From: a virus
Taxonomy: Duplodnaviria; Caudoviricetes
Direction: 5' to 3' (one strand)
Length of the DNA stretch: 55,555 nt
IMG/VR virus record: IMGVR_UViG_3300049489_001004
Location: 1 to 55,555 of that record
Shown: piece by piece, positions 53,592 to 55,555 of the stretch
How the letters are laid out: each line of letters starts with the position of its first letter
Numbering within the stretch: position 1 is the first letter of the stretch
Position numbers and translations under genes: made by a program
Notes under the pieces: model-generated
Told to the model about the DNA's origin: nothing
The model's database searches: none
The model's input: the letters and a program-made list of their open reading frames with translations, nothing else

Positions 53592-54872
53592 TTATGAATA
53601 CTCTACCACAAATCCATTGAGAGCAGGGAGATTATCTAAATCATCTTTCATAAGGGTAATTTCTATCCAAGCTTTTTCGGAAGACGGAACTGGTGTTAGT
53701 GTATAAATTCCGCTATCCGGAGAGGTCTCCCATATTATCTGATACGAAAACACATCTGAGATGGCGGCTTGTGCCACATTATATATAAACGGTGTTACAT
53801 TTTCGACAGATGATATTGTATCTCCGGTATTAGGGTCAAGTCTAAATATAACCTTACCTGAGTCAGCAAACTTGTCGTATCTAACATCAAGAGTGGAAAT
53901 TCCATAAGAATAGATGTACTTAGGATACATCAAATCAGATGTAAGGTTAAAGGGATTCGTTTGCCTAAGGGCTATTTTGAAAGCCGTTATTCTCTTAGAA
54001 GGAAACACAAAAGATAAAGGATAGGACTCAAGGATTGCGTCTCCACTCCAAGCCCCTGGCGGAATTTTGCCTACAGCGTCATCATCGTTAGTATAAAGAG
54101 ATGCATCATTTAGAGGAATCCATTCAGGACTATCTGCCGACATGACTGGGGCCGGATCGGTGCTGTAATAAATTCCGATTATGTCTACGCCGTACAACGG
54201 AAATGGAATCATTTCTATGACATTAGATAGAGGCGTTGAGGTTAGTTCTGTCGGCAGAGAGAACATCAGATCCAAAGAGACCTGGCCGTTGGGATCATCA
54301 GAAATTACATTTCGCTCCCAAACTCTGCCGGGGTCAGCGACAACGGCTTCATAAGGTAAAGAAGTACGAACAATTGTTTCTGGGGCTCCATTATCCAGTG
54401 AATTAGTTTTTGGTGCCACAACCATCTCTAGCGATGGAGGTATAGAAATTTCTCCACTTACACCAGTGTACTTTAATTTGGATACTGATGAGCCAATGAC
54501 TTTGGGCAACGTCACAAGTTTAAATCGAGAATCCAAAACTAATTTATCTATATCGCTAATTTCATAAGCTGTGTTTGCAAACCTATCCGTGTCGTCAATA
54601 TGTGCTCCAGCATATGATATAAGCTGGGAACCAGAAGTTGCTTTAATAGCCGCTATTTCTGCTCTTAAATCTTCAATTTCTCGACTGATGCCATAAATAT
54701 CTTTTAGCGCAGCAGAAAAACCCTCTGCTACATCGCTCGATAATTCATTAGCTTTGTTGTGTAGGTATACAAGATCTTGATAAATGTCTTCCGAGTTCTT
54801 ATTGAAACTTTCTGAATCAGCCGGACCTCGAAATTGATCCACGTGTTTCTGGGTGTAAGGGCTTTTTGCCAT
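53592..54872 (-). CDS. Probable virion structural protein
   Basis: RGP.DSE.FN motif, coiled coil, beta-rich C-terminus. Confidence 0.6.
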   Translation of the reverse strand: MAKSPYTQKHVDQFRGPADSESFNKNSEDIYQDLVYLHNKANELSSDVAEGFSAALKDIYGISREIEDLRAEIAAIKATSGSQLISYAGAHIDDTDRFANTAYEISDIDKLVLDSRFKLVTLPKVIGSSVSKLKYTGVSGEISIPPSLEMVVAPKTNSLDNGAPETIVRTSLPYEAVVADPGRVWERNVISDDPNGQVSLDLMFSLPTELTSTPLSNVIEMIPFPLYGVDIIGIYYSTDPAPVMSADSPEWIPLNDASLYTNDDDAVGKIPPGAWSGDAILESYPLSFVFPSKRITAFKIALRQTNPFNLTSDLMYPKYIYSYGISTLDVRYDKFADSGKVIFRLDPNTGDTISSVENVTPFIYNVAQAAISDVFSYQIIWETSPDSGIYTLTPVPSSEKAWIEITLMKDDLDNLPALNGFVVEYS

Positions 54873-54918
54873 GGGTTTAACCTTATATCATTCTATAGAA
54901 TTAGTGAGTTAAGTGAAG

Positions 54919-55356
54919 TTATGCCGGGCCACCATCGGAGCCTTGGGTATAAGACGAGAAGGCATCTCCGCCATCTACCAAAGAACCTGAGTCAAAGGCT
55001 GATCCTCCATCTAGATCACCAAGTAAATCGACACCAACTGAAGGAGCAACAAGATTACTAATTTCTTCTCTAAGATATCGAAGTTCGTTCGCATAGGCAA
55101 AAAGCTTCGTTATAACCGTATCTTCAGATATCTGAATAGAATCATCTAAATATATTTCATCAAGTCTAGATTTAAAATCATTTCCAATTGAATCTAGTTT
55201 ATCGTACAGATAGTTTACGTCTTCTACAACACTGTTTCGAAACAAGTTCATTGTATGAGATTGGATAGGAGAGCGATAAGCGGCCCGATAAATCTGGGTT
55301 TGTGGTTGAATGTTTCGAGTGCGACTGTCGAAATCCGGATTCAAATACTCGGACAT
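54919..55356 (-). CDS. Probable virion-associated protein
   Basis: YRSPI.S...N motif similar to the neighbour's N-terminus; three DGG repeats; GAGGA RBS. Confidence 0.6.
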   Translation of the reverse strand: MSEYLNPDFDSRTRNIQPQTQIYRAAYRSPIQSHTMNLFRNSVVEDVNYLYDKLDSIGNDFKSRLDEIYLDDSIQISEDTVITKLFAYANELRYLREEISNLVAPSVGVDLLGDLDGGSAFDSGSLVDGGDAFSSYTQGSDGGPA

Positions 55357-55555
55357 TTTTACAATTCCTCATCTACGTAACTGAATCTAATTCTATAGGA
55401 ATCTAAAATTGGTGATACTCTATTATTCTGCTGAAATCTTGAAAAGTCTGCACGCAAACGAACTGCCACAGGACCCCTATCTGTAGGTCGAGAATATCTT
55501 AATCGATAATTATTAGTCGGGCTAGACCTAGTAACTATCTCGTTATTGTATATAG

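Noticed and set aside
1-55555. Genome-wide TAG reassignment suggested by the amber tRNA
   Set aside because: Long genes are intact under the standard code, and several tightly packed genes end in TAG (for example 2383-2589 and 44270-45067).

Overview
A segment of a large, AT-rich dsDNA phage genome. The host is probably actinobacterial, and the endolysin C-terminal domain hints at Acidimicrobiia. The left arm (1-21.9 kb, mostly + strand) holds small unknown ORFs plus a dense RNA-biology module: a Ro60/TROVE gene, RtcB, a Pth2-like gene, a metallophosphoesterase, six conventional tRNAs, an amber-anticodon tRNA and many structured non-coding RNAs. The right arm (22-55 kb, mostly - strand) holds a sigma-like factor, nucleases, DnaE, AIPR, MazG, an endolysin, an AEP primase, DnaB, a glycosyltransferase cluster, ThyX, a class II RNR with an HNH intein, and probable holin and virion genes. 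The standout is 6188-7531, directly upstream of the Ro60 gene. It is an array of eight Y-RNA-like units that share a covarying two-stem scaffold but carry different cargo. Four carry permuted tRNA T/acceptor/D modules, and five carry a 7-nt anticodon-like loop (Ser, Lys, Gln, Glu, Phe). The array also contains an RNA resembling the L11-binding domain of 23S rRNA. Two nearby genes have suspicious interruptions: an amber codon in the Pth2-like gene and a 14-nt hairpin inside the catalytic His codon of the phosphoesterase. All structures were read by eye and protein calls rest on motif recognition, not database searches.
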